Part shown: positions 28,807 through 38,693 of the stretch, in pieces
Layout of the letters: the number at the start of each line of letters is the position of its first letter
How positions within the stretch are numbered: position 1 is the stretch's first letter
NCBI GenBank assembly: GCA_009929175.1
Contig: SABC01000006.1
Coordinates: 1,655-65,654 of the forward strand
Length of the DNA stretch: 64,000 bases
Source: Bacteroidia bacterium
GTDB taxonomy: Bacteria > Bacteroidota > Bacteroidia > Bacteroidales > UBA932
Direction: 5' to 3'
Program-made: the position numbers and the translations under genes
Notes under the pieces: model-generated
What the model saw: the letters and a program-made list of their open reading frames with translations, nothing else
Databases searched by the model: none
What the model was told of the DNA's origin: nothing

Positions 28807-30333
28807 ATGTACAAGGTATTGAAAAGAACAAGGGTGGTGATTTCACTACTCTTTATAATAGCCATAACCGCATCATTCATCTATTTCGTAAACAGGGATT
28901 CTTCGGTTTTCTCGTTCTTCCTTAAATTACAGTTTGTGCCATCAATGTTGGGCGTTTTTTCCGGAGGAGCTTTGGTTTTTGGCTTTCTAATGACCCTCAC
29001 CTTGCTTTTTGGAAGAATATATTGCTCCACACTGTGTCCAATGGGTACTTTCCAGGACATAGTCACAAAGATTGCATCGATGTTCAAGTCCAAGAAGGCC
29101 CGACGTTTCAAGTTCTCATCTGCGAATAAATTGAGATACGTTACCCTGGCAATTGTCTTTTTGTTCTTGGTAGCCGGGATATCATTGCCCCTGGGTTACC
29201 TCGATCCCTATTCGGCATGGGGAAGGATCTCAAGCGAAGTCATCAGCAGGTCTGAGCAATTGATCCACAATGGTGTATCACTGGTGTTCCCGGATTCGGT
29301 CTATTTCAGGAGTTACTCCCATTTTACAGCTGCATCTTTTTTCTTTGCGCTCTCTTTTTTGATTCTTGTAGGAATATTCAGTTCGATGAGAGGCCGGTTG
29401 TATTGCAATACAATATGTCCTGTCGGGGCATTTCTGGGCTTGGTTTCCAAAGCCGCAATCTTTAGGCCTGCCATAAATAAGAGTTTATGTACCAAATGCC
29501 AGTTGTGTGTTTTGAAGTGCAAGGCCCAGTGTATTGACCTTAAGGAGCAGACAATAGATTCAAGCAGATGCGTGGGGTGTTTTGATTGCATGGAGGTTTG
29601 CAAAAACGGGGGTATTTCGTACCAGCTTGCCTACGTTAAAACTCAAAATGGGAATAATTCTCCGGCTCCTGTTTCCAAGGACAGAAGGTCTGCGTTGATT
29701 GCAATGGGATTGTTGGGGACTGCACTTGCTTCAAAGGCAATGAACCTTGGGCCGGTAGTTTCTTCAAAGCCCAAAATTACCGGAATCGCTCCTCCGGGAG
29801 CTCAGAGTACGGAGCATTTGTTGAAAAACTGTACTGCGTGCCATGCTTGTATAGCAGCATGCCCCAACAATATCATAAAACCAGCCACAACTGAGTATGG
29901 CCTTGACGGAGTACTGTTTCCGGTCCTGAATTTTGACAAACACTTTTGCAGTTATGAGTGTAACGAATGCTCCAAAGTATGTCCTAACAATGCAATCATG
30001 CCAATAGCTCTGGAAGAGAAGAAAGTTACACAGGTGGGACAAGTCCGTTTTTTCCTGGAAAGATGCATTGTCCATACAGACGGAACTGATTGCGGTGCTT
30101 GTGATGAACATTGCCCGACAAAGGCAATAACAATGGTCCCTTACGGAGATAGCCCTCTTTACATTCCAAGTGTAGATGTCTCATTTTGCATAGGGTGCGG
30201 TGCTTGTGAGTATATCTGCCCTGCAATACCACTAAAAGCAATGATAGTCCATGCGTTACCTGTACAAGGCACCGCCCAGGCACCTACTTTGGATAAACAG
30301 GAAAAAATCGAGGTTGACGATTTTGGTTTTTAG
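28807..30333 (+). CDS. Membrane polyferredoxin (NapH/MauN-like + NapG/MauM-like 4Fe-4S fusion)
   Basis: TM helices with GRIYCSTLCP and GRLYCNTICP; multiple CxxCxxCxxxC motifs; internal DRR..LI..G segment and PPGA before the second ferredoxin block. Confidence 0.85.
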   Translation: MYKVLKRTRVVISLLFIIAITASFIYFVNRDSSVFSFFLKLQFVPSMLGVFSGGALVFGFLMTLTLLFGRIYCSTLCPMGTFQDIVTKIASMFKSKKARRFKFSSANKLRYVTLAIVFLFLVAGISLPLGYLDPYSAWGRISSEVISRSEQLIHNGVSLVFPDSVYFRSYSHFTAASFFFALSFLILVGIFSSMRGRLYCNTICPVGAFLGLVSKAAIFRPAINKSLCTKCQLCVLKCKAQCIDLKEQTIDSSRCVGCFDCMEVCKNGGISYQLAYVKTQNGNNSPAPVSKDRRSALIAMGLLGTALASKAMNLGPVVSSKPKITGIAPPGAQSTEHLLKNCTACHACIAACPNNIIKPATTEYGLDGVLFPVLNFDKHFCSYECNECSKVCPNNAIMPIALEEKKVTQVGQVRFFLERCIVHTDGTDCGACDEHCPTKAITMVPYGDSPLYIPSVDVSFCIGCGACEYICPAIPLKAMIVHALPVQGTAQAPTLDKQEKIEVDDFGF

Positions 30334-30341
30334 TCTGATTT

Positions 30342-31022
30342 CTATTTTTTCAAGAGTCCGGGTCTCAGTCGTTGGGTTCGCTCAATTGACTGGGACTCTT
30401 GCCATTCTTTTATAAGTTTGGGGTTTCCGCTCAAAAGGACATCGGGGACTCTCCATCCGTTGAATACGGCTGGCCGGGTATAGACAGGTGGTGCAAGCAA
30501 ATTGTCCTGGAATGAATCACTCAATGCAGATGTTTCGTCCGAAATTGCACCAGGGATAAGCCTTACAACAGAGTCACACAGCACAGCTGCCGGAATTTCC
30601 CCTCCGCTAAGGACGTAATCTCCGATGGAAATTTCCCTTGTCACAAGGTGTTCCCTTATCCGATGATCCACGCCTTTGTAATGGCCGCACAAAATAATCA
30701 AATTGCCCTTGAGTGAAAGGGTGTTCGAAATCTGTTGATCCAAGATCTCTCCATCAGGACTCATGTAGATTACCTCATCGTAATCACGTTCTTTTTTAAG
30801 ATTTTCAATTATTGTATACACAGGCTCAATCATGATCACCATACCTGCATCACCACCAAAGGGATAATCGTCTGTCTGGCGATATTTGCCCTTGCCATAA
30901 TCCCTGATATTGTGAATGTGTATCTGGACCAGGCCTTTTTCGCGTGCTCTTTTTACAATAGAATGATTTAGCGGACTTTCAAGAAGTTCGGGAAGTACAG
31001 AAAGGATGTCTATTCTAATCAT
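30342..31022 (-). CDS. trmD: tRNA (guanine37-N1)-methyltransferase
   Basis: [32 protein letters not shown] and VPDVLLSGN. Confidence 0.96.
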   Translation of the reverse strand: MIRIDILSVLPELLESPLNHSIVKRAREKGLVQIHIHNIRDYGKGKYRQTDDYPFGGDAGMVIMIEPVYTIIENLKKERDYDEVIYMSPDGEILDQQISNTLSLKGNLIILCGHYKGVDHRIREHLVTREISIGDYVLSGGEIPAAVLCDSVVRLIPGAISDETSALSDSFQDNLLAPPVYTRPAVFNGWRVPDVLLSGNPKLIKEWQESQSIERTQRLRPGLLKK

Positions 31023-31026
31023 GGTG

Positions 31027-31073
31027 CAAATTTACATAAATCACAGGGTTAGCAAACTTTTTTTGTATATTTG
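31027..31073. promoter_or_regulatory. Divergent promoters (trmD / DUF349)
   Basis: Minus: TTTG-N18-TAAATTTG ending 4 nt before the trmD ATG. Plus: TATATTTG at 31066-31073. Confidence 0.7.
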
Positions 31074-31104
31074 CGGGTTAATAAACCTTTTTTGTCTTAA
31101 TACT

Positions 31105-32973
31105 ATGACCCAGGACACACTCAACTCTGCTCCCAAGGAGCAATTCGAGGATAATAAAAACCTTGAAAATGAAAATAATGCAGAGCAGTCAGAGCATTCA
31201 ACGGAAAACTCCGTACAGGAATCACAAGACTCTTCGAGACCAGACTTCAATGAAATGACCCTGAAAGATATTGTTCAATATTTTCAGGAGTTGCTCGAGA
31301 GGGGGGATCAACAGGAGATGTACAAGTATTCCGATACAATAAAAGCTGCTTTTTACAAGACTCTCAAAAAGGAGAAGATAGCTTTAGGCATTATCTTTCC
31401 TCAGAATGAGGAGAGTCTCGAACAGGAGGAGGGTGACGTGGTTTCCGTAAACCCTTTTGCCGAACTGGAAAGAGGGTTCAAAGAGTTGTACAATAAATAC
31501 AAGCTGGAACGCAGTGTCTTCTTGCATTCATTGGAAAAGAACAAGGAGGAGAATCTGGTTTTAAAGAACAGGATTATTGAAGAACTGAAGGATCTTTTGG
31601 AAAAGCAGGAGGACTTGCAGCATACGTTTCCTACATTCCGTGAGCTCCAAAACAGATGGAAGTCAATAGGTCCTGTTCCTCAGTCGCATACCAAGGACTT
31701 ATGGGAAAACTACCAATTCCTGATTGAGAAGTTTTATGATTTTGTAAAAATCAATAACGAGTTAAGGGATCTCGACCTTAAGAAAAACCTAGAACTTAAG
31801 GCTGAGTTATGCACAAAGGCAGAGGAGTTGATGAATGAACCCAACATAGTCCTTTCTTTCCGCAAACTTCAAAAATACCATGAGGAGTGGAGGGAGCTTG
31901 GACCTGTCCCAAAGGAACTAAGGGAGGAAATTTGGGAGCGGTTCAAAAAGGCAACCACAAATATTAACAAACGCCAACAGGAGTATTTTGAAGGGCTGAA
32001 GGCTGACCATAAACAAAATCTTGAGCTAAAAACTGCCTTGTGTGAAAAAGCCGAGATTATTGCCGGAAATAAGGATGGCGAAAAGGACTGGAACACACTT
32101 TCCAAAGAGATGGAAACGTTACAGGAAGAATGGAAGACAATAGGTTTTGCATCGAAGAAGGACAATCAAAGGATTTATGACCGTTTCCGCGCCGCATGCG
32201 ATAAGTTCTACGAAGAGAAACGCCATTTTTACTCCGGATTCAAAAAAGAGATGCAAGAAAACCTGGAGAAAAAGATAGCCCTTTGCGAACAGGCAGAGGC
32301 ATTAAAGGATAGTGAGGACTGGAAAAAAGCTACAGACCAACTTATCTCCCTTCAAAAAAAGTGGAAGGAGATCGGACCTGTTGCCAGAAAACAATCGGAT
32401 GCCGTATGGAAACGTTTTCGTGCAGCATGTGACCATTTTTTCGAAAGGAAATCAACACACTTTTCTTCGGTAGAGGAAAACTATGAAGATAACCTAAACC
32501 TCAAAAAGGAACTGATTAACGAGATCAACGAATACAAACCGGACAGCGTCACTGCCGAGAACCTTGCAGCGTTCAGGGATTTCCAGAACCGTTGGAGCGA
32601 AATAGGATTCGTTCCGCTTAAGGAGAAGGAGAGGATCCAGGCCGAGTACCGGCATGCAATGGATTCCAAGTTTGCGGAGTTCCGTAGCAACGAAAACGAA
32701 AATAAATTCGGGAGGTTCAAGAAACACATAAAGGAACTCAAGGGCTCCGGTAAAGGCGACAAGGGAATCAAGGTAGAAAGGGACAAGCTGTTCCAGAAAT
32801 TTCGTCAATTGGAGCAAGATATAGCATTGTGGGAAAACAATATAGGCTTCTTTGCCAAATCCAAAAATGCGGACAATATTATTAACGATATAGAGAAGAA
32901 GATCTCCAAGGCAAAAGAGGAGATGATACAGATTGAGGAGAAAATCAAGCTAATCGATAAACAATACGAATAG
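31105..32973 (+). CDS. DUF349 repeat-containing helical protein
   Basis: Repeated NL..K..LC..AE...LQ..WK.IG.V......W.RF..AC..F units; acidic N-terminus. Start moved to ATG 31105, downstream of the promoter. Confidence 0.88.
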   Translation: MTQDTLNSAPKEQFEDNKNLENENNAEQSEHSTENSVQESQDSSRPDFNEMTLKDIVQYFQELLERGDQQEMYKYSDTIKAAFYKTLKKEKIALGIIFPQNEESLEQEEGDVVSVNPFAELERGFKELYNKYKLERSVFLHSLEKNKEENLVLKNRIIEELKDLLEKQEDLQHTFPTFRELQNRWKSIGPVPQSHTKDLWENYQFLIEKFYDFVKINNELRDLDLKKNLELKAELCTKAEELMNEPNIVLSFRKLQKYHEEWRELGPVPKELREEIWERFKKATTNINKRQQEYFEGLKADHKQNLELKTALCEKAEIIAGNKDGEKDWNTLSKEMETLQEEWKTIGFASKKDNQRIYDRFRAACDKFYEEKRHFYSGFKKEMQENLEKKIALCEQAEALKDSEDWKKATDQLISLQKKWKEIGPVARKQSDAVWKRFRAACDHFFERKSTHFSSVEENYEDNLNLKKELINEINEYKPDSVTAENLAAFRDFQNRWSEIGFVPLKEKERIQAEYRHAMDSKFAEFRSNENENKFGRFKKHIKELKGSGKGDKGIKVERDKLFQKFRQLEQDIALWENNIGFFAKSKNADNIINDIEKKISKAKEEMIQIEEKIKLIDKQYE

Positions 32974-32978
32974 GTTAT

Positions 32979-34844
32979 ATGAATAAAAATTCCATTCTTG
33001 GATTTGTACTGATTGGTGCAATATTGATCGGATTCAGTTGGTACAATTCCAAAATATTCAAAGAACAAGAGGCCATAAAGGCATTTGAGGACTCTGTAAG
33101 GCTCGCCCAAAATCCATTGCCCCAACCTTTAGCAGAGGATACAATGCAAGTTGTACCGGGAACTCCGGGTGTAACATTGCAGGAATCTCTTGCAGGGACT
33201 GACAGCCTTAACGGGTCTATATACAAATACCCGTTGTTATCCCAAGCCAGTTCTGCCCAGGAGAGCAGGGCCATTCTGGAAAATGATAAGATTCTTGTAG
33301 AGTTTTCCAGTATCGGAGCCAAACCTGTAAATGTCAAAATAAAAGATTATTATACATACGATAGTCTGGATCTGATGTTGATCAGGGAAAGTGGGTCCAG
33401 GTTTTCCCTGGATTTCTATGCCGGTGAACAACTATCTACCTCAAACTTTAGCTTCCGCGAGCATTCTGCCTCACCCGGGGAGTTGGTCTACAGATTATAT
33501 ATGGACTCCCTGTCATACCTAGAATACACCTATACGCTTGCAGAGGGTAGCCATATGGTTGATCTGAACATTGCATTTGTAGGGATGAACAAACACATAC
33601 CGCGCAATCAATCCTTCATGGATATTGAGTGGACAGTAGATATTCCAAGGCAGGAGAAGGGATACGACAACGAAAAGAACTATTCTACCATTGTGTACAA
33701 ACATCCCAACACACCATCTGTAGAGGACCTTGGACTAAGAAAGGATGATGCCTCTGAGGAGGTCAGGGTTGGTATCAATTGGGTCGCTTTCCAGCAGCAG
33801 TTTTTTTCGGCAATTATTGTTGCCAAGGATAACTTCAGCAGTGGCAACCTTGCCTACCGTTTTTATCCCGAAAATGATCCTGACAGGAAGCTGATGAATT
33901 GCACTGCCAGAATGGAGGTTGCATACAACGGAGCAGATGTTGCAAATATCCCGCTCCAGTTTTATTTTGGTCCGAATCACTTCAAAACCCTCAAGTCTTA
34001 CGATATGGGTTTTGAAAAGATTGTTCCTCTCGGGGGTTGGCTGATAGGTTGGATAAACCGTTATGTTATCATCTTCGTCTTTGATTTCTTAGGGAAGTTC
34101 ATTGGAAACTATGGAATTATAATCCTGATCCTGACAATCCTGATCAAACTGGTGATATCTCCGCTTACAATGAAATCTTATATGTCATCTGCAAAGATGA
34201 GGGTCCTTAAACCCGAAGTGGACAAGATAAATGCCAAGTATCCCAAACAGGAGGATGCCATGAAAAAACAGCAGGAGACAATGGCATTGTACAACAAAAC
34301 AGGTGTCAGCATGTTTGGAGGCTGTCTGCCAATGTTGCTTCAGTTTCCCATCCTTTTTGCAATGTTCCGGTTTTTCCCCTCATCATTTGAGTTAAGGCAG
34401 GAGGGCTTTTTGTGGGCAGAGGACCTTAGTGCCTATGACTCAATCCTGGACCTTCCATTCACGATTCCTCTGTTTGGAGACCATGTGAGTCTTTTTGCAC
34501 TGCTGATGGCTGTTTCGATGTTCTTTTATTCGAGGATGAACATAGACCAGATGAACTCTGGACCGCAAATGGCCGGGATGAAGTTCATGTCCCTTTATTT
34601 TATGCCAATTTTCCTGCTTTTCCTCGGAAATAACTTTTCCAGCGGACTAAGTTATTATTACCTCCTCTCCAATCTGATCACTATGGGACAGACTTGGGTT
34701 ATCAGGAAATATTTTGTTGACGAAGATAAAATCCTTGCTCAATTAAAAGAGAGGGCAGCTGCACCCAAGAAAAAATCAAAATTCCAGGAGAGACTTGATT
34801 CGGCCTATAAAGCCCAACAGCAGCAAATAAAAAACAGAAAATGA
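32979..34844 (+). CDS. yidC: Membrane protein insertase YidC
   Basis: MNKNSILGFVLI start, QQFFS, NYGIIILILT, GGCLPMLLQFP, FLWAEDLS and SGLSYYY. Confidence 0.95.
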   Translation: MNKNSILGFVLIGAILIGFSWYNSKIFKEQEAIKAFEDSVRLAQNPLPQPLAEDTMQVVPGTPGVTLQESLAGTDSLNGSIYKYPLLSQASSAQESRAILENDKILVEFSSIGAKPVNVKIKDYYTYDSLDLMLIRESGSRFSLDFYAGEQLSTSNFSFREHSASPGELVYRLYMDSLSYLEYTYTLAEGSHMVDLNIAFVGMNKHIPRNQSFMDIEWTVDIPRQEKGYDNEKNYSTIVYKHPNTPSVEDLGLRKDDASEEVRVGINWVAFQQQFFSAIIVAKDNFSSGNLAYRFYPENDPDRKLMNCTARMEVAYNGADVANIPLQFYFGPNHFKTLKSYDMGFEKIVPLGGWLIGWINRYVIIFVFDFLGKFIGNYGIIILILTILIKLVISPLTMKSYMSSAKMRVLKPEVDKINAKYPKQEDAMKKQQETMALYNKTGVSMFGGCLPMLLQFPILFAMFRFFPSSFELRQEGFLWAEDLSAYDSILDLPFTIPLFGDHVSLFALLMAVSMFFYSRMNIDQMNSGPQMAGMKFMSLYFMPIFLLFLGNNFSSGLSYYYLLSNLITMGQTWVIRKYFVDEDKILAQLKERAAAPKKKSKFQERLDSAYKAQQQQIKNRK

Positions 34845-35500
34845 TAAACAATAAGGAATTGGAAAAACTTTTGGAAAATCTGCCATCAACTGTAAGGTTG
34901 GTGGCAGTTTCCAAATTCAAGCCTGACGAATCAATCATGGAGGCCTATAAATTCGGCCTAAGGGATTTTGGCGAAAACAGGCCTCAGGAGTTAAGCAAAA
35001 AAATGGAGCAGCTGCCAGGAGACATCAAGTGGCATTTCATCGGACATCTGCAGACCAACAAGATTAAACTGATTATTGAGAAAGTCCATTTGATTCACTC
35101 AGTAGATAGTGAAAAGTTACTCTTAGCAATCAACAATGAGGCTCAAAAGAGGGGCATTACTGTAAATTGTCTTTTGCAAGTATATATTGCAACCGAAGAG
35201 AGCAAGCAGGGGTTGGACAGGGATGAATTATTTGGAATATTGGCAAGAAGAGAGCAGCTTTCAAACATAAGGATTTGCGGATTAATGGGAATGGCTTCAT
35301 TTACCAATGACCTGGAGAGAGTCGGTGCCGAATTTGCCGGACTCAAAGAGCTCTTTGATGTGGTAAGGAAGGAAAATCCATCAATTTCCGATGTGTTCTG
35401 CGAATTGTCCATGGGAATGTCCGGAGATTACAAAGTTGCAGTGCAACATGGCAGTACAATTGTCAGGATTGGCTCAACAATTTTTGGTGAAAGAACCTGA
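34841..35500 (+). CDS. yggS: PLP homeostasis protein YggS
   Basis: [31 protein letters not shown] and VRIGSTIFG. Confidence 0.95.
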   Translation: MINNKELEKLLENLPSTVRLVAVSKFKPDESIMEAYKFGLRDFGENRPQELSKKMEQLPGDIKWHFIGHLQTNKIKLIIEKVHLIHSVDSEKLLLAINNEAQKRGITVNCLLQVYIATEESKQGLDRDELFGILARREQLSNIRICGLMGMASFTNDLERVGAEFAGLKELFDVVRKENPSISDVFCELSMGMSGDYKVAVQHGSTIVRIGSTIFGERT

Positions 35501-36175
35501 TTCCAATTCGTATTGCCAATTGATTGGTGTTTTGCCCAAGGATTCCAGTATTTGATTGGTTCTGGAAAAGTGCTTGCATCCAAAAAAAGCACCTCTTGCA
35601 AGAGGGGAGGGGTGGGCAGCCTCAAGTACATAATGTTTACTTTTGTCTATGAGATCACTTTTGCCTTTGGCAAAGTTCCCCCAAAGTAAAAAAACAATCC
35701 CGCTCCTGTTATCGGAGAGTTTCCTGATTATTGCATCTGTAAAGAGATTCCAGCCGTACTTGCTATGGGAAGCTGCCTGACCTGCCCTTACTGTCAGAAT
35801 GGCGTTGAGTAGGAAAACCCCCTGAACAGCCCATCTTTCAAGGTTACCTGACTCCAGTGGCTCAATACCCAGGTCGTTTTTTAGCTCTTTGAATATATTC
35901 ACAAGTGATGGAGGAGGTGGAACCCCGTCCGGTACAGAAAAGGAGAGTCCGTGTGCTTGCCCCGGACCATGATAAGGATCCTGGCCAAGTATCACAACCT
36001 TAACCTTGTCAAAAGGAGTGAGGCGAAATGCATTGAATATTTCGTTGCCTTTGGGGTAAATCCTTATCCCTTGTGCTACATCTTTTTTGATAAGCGAAGT
36101 AAGTTCCTTGAAGTATTCTTTCGAAAACTCTTCCCTCAATTGTTCTTTCCACGAACTTTCTATGCTTATTTCCAT
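35474..36175 (-). CDS. ung: Uracil-DNA glycosylase
   Basis: [20 protein letters not shown] and HPSPL. Confidence 0.96.
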   Translation of the reverse strand: MEISIESSWKEQLREEFSKEYFKELTSLIKKDVAQGIRIYPKGNEIFNAFRLTPFDKVKVVILGQDPYHGPGQAHGLSFSVPDGVPPPPSLVNIFKELKNDLGIEPLESGNLERWAVQGVFLLNAILTVRAGQAASHSKYGWNLFTDAIIRKLSDNRSGIVFLLWGNFAKGKSDLIDKSKHYVLEAAHPSPLARGAFFGCKHFSRTNQILESLGKTPINWQYELESGSFTKNC

Positions 36176-36184
36176 ACCACAATT

Positions 36185-38596
36185 TTACTCTTCAAATATT
36201 TTTGACAGCACATCAGAAATATGTCTAACATATTCGAATTTTAGACCTTTTACGTAGATTTCTTTTATCTCCTTCACATCCTTTTCGTTGTCGACAGAGA
36301 GATAAATTGTGCTGATGCCAGCCCTCTTTGCAGCCAAAATCTTCTCTTTGATTCCTCCAACCGGTAATACTTTACCTCGGAGTGTGATTTCCCCGGTCAT
36401 GGCAATACCTTTACGGACACTTTTCTTTCTGAAAGCCGAAGCCATTGCCGAGACCATTGTTATCCCTGCTGAGGGTCCGTCTTTTGGAATAGCACCTTCA
36501 GGTACGTGAACGTGGATATCCCGTTCCGAGAACTCTTTAGTGGTGAGCTTCAAAAGTTGAGGGTTGGCTTTAAGGTATTGGTAAGCAATTGTGGCTGACT
36601 CCTTCATGACATCACCGAGGTTCCCGGTTGTTGTCAGCATTCCTTTTCCTTTGCTCAGGCTGCACTCAATGAAGAGTATTTCCCCTCCATTTTGGGTCCA
36701 TGCCAGACCGGTCACAACACCAGGTGCCTCGTTCCCCTTTTGGATATCCGGAGTATAAACAGGGAGTCCAAGGATATCCCTGACCTCTTTTTTTCCGTAA
36801 ACAGAAGGGTATTCCTCACCAATAGCTACGTTTTTGGCTGTTACCCTGGCCAGTTTTGCAATCTGGCGGTCCAGGCCCCTTACACCGGATTCCCGGGTAT
36901 ATTCATCGATTACAGCTTCCAGCCCGCTCTTGTTGATTTTCAATTGCCCCTTGGAAAGTCCGTGGGCTTCCATTTGTTTGGGTATAAGATAATCCTTTGC
37001 TATATGGAATTTTTCCTCCGCAAGGTAACCGCTAACGTTTATCATCTCCATCCTGTCCCTCAGGGCAGGGTGTATTGTGCTTATGTTGTTTGCAGTTGTA
37101 ATGAAGAGAACTTTGGACAGGTCGTAGTCGATGTCCAGGTAGTTGTCGTGGAATGCTGTGTTTTGTTCGGGGTCCAACACTTCCAGCAGTGCCGATGCCG
37201 GGTCACCCCTGAAGTCACTGCTCACTTTGTCAATCTCGTCAAGTACTATCAGTGGGTTGGAAGTGCCGGCCTTTTTTATTGTGTTTATAATACGTCCCGG
37301 CATGGCCCCTATATAGGTTTTCCTGTGTCCACGGATCTCTGACTCATCGTGCAGGCCACCAAGTGAAATCCTGCCGTATTTACGGCCAAGTGCCTTTGCT
37401 ATGGATTTTCCCAGTGAGGTTTTGCCAACCCCGGGAGGGCCGTACAGGCAGATTATTGGTGATTTGAGGTCTCCCTTTAGCTTCAATACAGCAAGGTGCT
37501 CAATTATCCTCTCTTTTACTGTCTCCAGTCCAAAATGGTCTTGGTCAAGTATCTTTTGTGCATGCTTTAGGTCTAGGTTATCTTCACTATGCTCGTTCCA
37601 TGGCAGCTCAACCAAGAACCTTACGTATGACAGCTGTATGTTGAAATCCGGAGAGTTGGGATTAGACCTTTCCAGTCTCTGCATCTCTTTTTCAAATATT
37701 TCGGCAACATGTACAGGCCACTCTTTATGTTGGGCCTGCTGTCTTATGTCGTTGAATTCCTGAAAGTTATTGTTGATTCCAAGTTCTTCTTGAATTGTTT
37801 TCAACTGATTGTTCAAATAGTATTCTCGTTGTTGCTGGTCGATTTCAATACGAACTTTTTGCTGGATGTCATCTTTCAATTTAAGCAGGTCTATCTGCTT
37901 GTTGAGTATTTCCAGGAGTTTCAATGCACGGGCCTTGAGTTTGCTCTCCCTCAGCAGTGTTATCTTGTCATAGATGTTGTCTAGTTCAATGCTGGAGGCT
38001 ATGAAGTTTACAAGAAAACCGTATCCCTCTATGTTTTTAATAGCAAAAGATGCTTCCTGTGGCAGGTGGGGGGACAATTTTATTATTTGAAGGGCCAGGT
38101 CCTTGATAGAGCCGGTGATGGCATCCAGCTCCTTTGTGGTTTTTGGCAGCTTTTCTTCCGGAAGGTATTTTACCGATGCTATGTAATAGGGATCCTTGCT
38201 GAGGAACTCGATTATCTGGAACCTTCTCATACCTTGTAATATAATTGTGATTCCGCCATCTGGCATTTCAATTATCTTGATAATCTTTGCCAGAGTTCCG
38301 ATATCATACAAGTCAGCGCCGGAAGGATCCTCTTGTTTGGCATCTTTTTGTGATACGGCACCGAGGATTTTATTGCCTTTGTATACCTCCCTTACAAGTT
38401 TGACAGATCTTTCCCTGCCGACCGTGATTGGAATGATTGTTTCGGGGAACAACACTGCGTTACGCAATGTTATGATTGGCAGCGTGTCCGGCAGCTCTGC
38501 TTCGCTTAATTCATAATCACTTTCCATGCTCATCACAGGAATTATGTTGACTTCGTCCGATGCAGTATGTTGTAGTATGAAATCTGAATACTTCAT
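36185..38596 (-). CDS. lon: Lon protease
   Basis: [35 protein letters not shown] (Ser) and GGIKEK (Lys). Start moved to ATG 38596. Confidence 0.96.
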   Translation of the reverse strand: MKYSDFILQHTASDEVNIIPVMSMESDYELSEAELPDTLPIITLRNAVLFPETIIPITVGRERSVKLVREVYKGNKILGAVSQKDAKQEDPSGADLYDIGTLAKIIKIIEMPDGGITIILQGMRRFQIIEFLSKDPYYIASVKYLPEEKLPKTTKELDAITGSIKDLALQIIKLSPHLPQEASFAIKNIEGYGFLVNFIASSIELDNIYDKITLLRESKLKARALKLLEILNKQIDLLKLKDDIQQKVRIEIDQQQREYYLNNQLKTIQEELGINNNFQEFNDIRQQAQHKEWPVHVAEIFEKEMQRLERSNPNSPDFNIQLSYVRFLVELPWNEHSEDNLDLKHAQKILDQDHFGLETVKERIIEHLAVLKLKGDLKSPIICLYGPPGVGKTSLGKSIAKALGRKYGRISLGGLHDESEIRGHRKTYIGAMPGRIINTIKKAGTSNPLIVLDEIDKVSSDFRGDPASALLEVLDPEQNTAFHDNYLDIDYDLSKVLFITTANNISTIHPALRDRMEMINVSGYLAEEKFHIAKDYLIPKQMEAHGLSKGQLKINKSGLEAVIDEYTRESGVRGLDRQIAKLARVTAKNVAIGEEYPSVYGKKEVRDILGLPVYTPDIQKGNEAPGVVTGLAWTQNGGEILFIECSLSKGKGMLTTTGNLGDVMKESATIAYQYLKANPQLLKLTTKEFSERDIHVHVPEGAIPKDGPSAGITMVSAMASAFRKKSVRKGIAMTGEITLRGKVLPVGGIKEKILAAKRAGISTIYLSVDNEKDVKEIKEIYVKGLKFEYVRHISDVLSKIFEE

Positions 38597-38677
38597 GTTT
38601 CTCGTTGAATTGTTAAGTGTCAAAATGTCATATTCCGGTTTGATTTAAATCCGGAACAGGATCTTATTACATATGGT

Positions 38678-38691
38678 CAATCTTTATGCCA
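38678..38691 (-). promoter_or_regulatory. Sigma54-like -24/-12 element upstream of lon
   Basis: Minus strand TGGCATAAAGATTG; same spacing as the element upstream of clpB. Confidence 0.5.
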
Positions 38692-38693
38692 AA

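Noticed and set aside
31006-31104. Upstream extension of DUF349 (similar over-long starts at 20105, 22233, 27863, 38623, 40112, 44916, 53120)
   Set aside because: These run through promoter or regulatory boxes or neighbouring genes, or use weak alternative starts; downstream ATGs match family N-termini.
35474-35500. Convergent 3' overlaps (yggS/ung 27 bp; GH3/pssA 26 bp; 4-bp overlaps at folD, rng and clpB)
   Set aside because: Common in compact genomes; no sign of truncation or added function.
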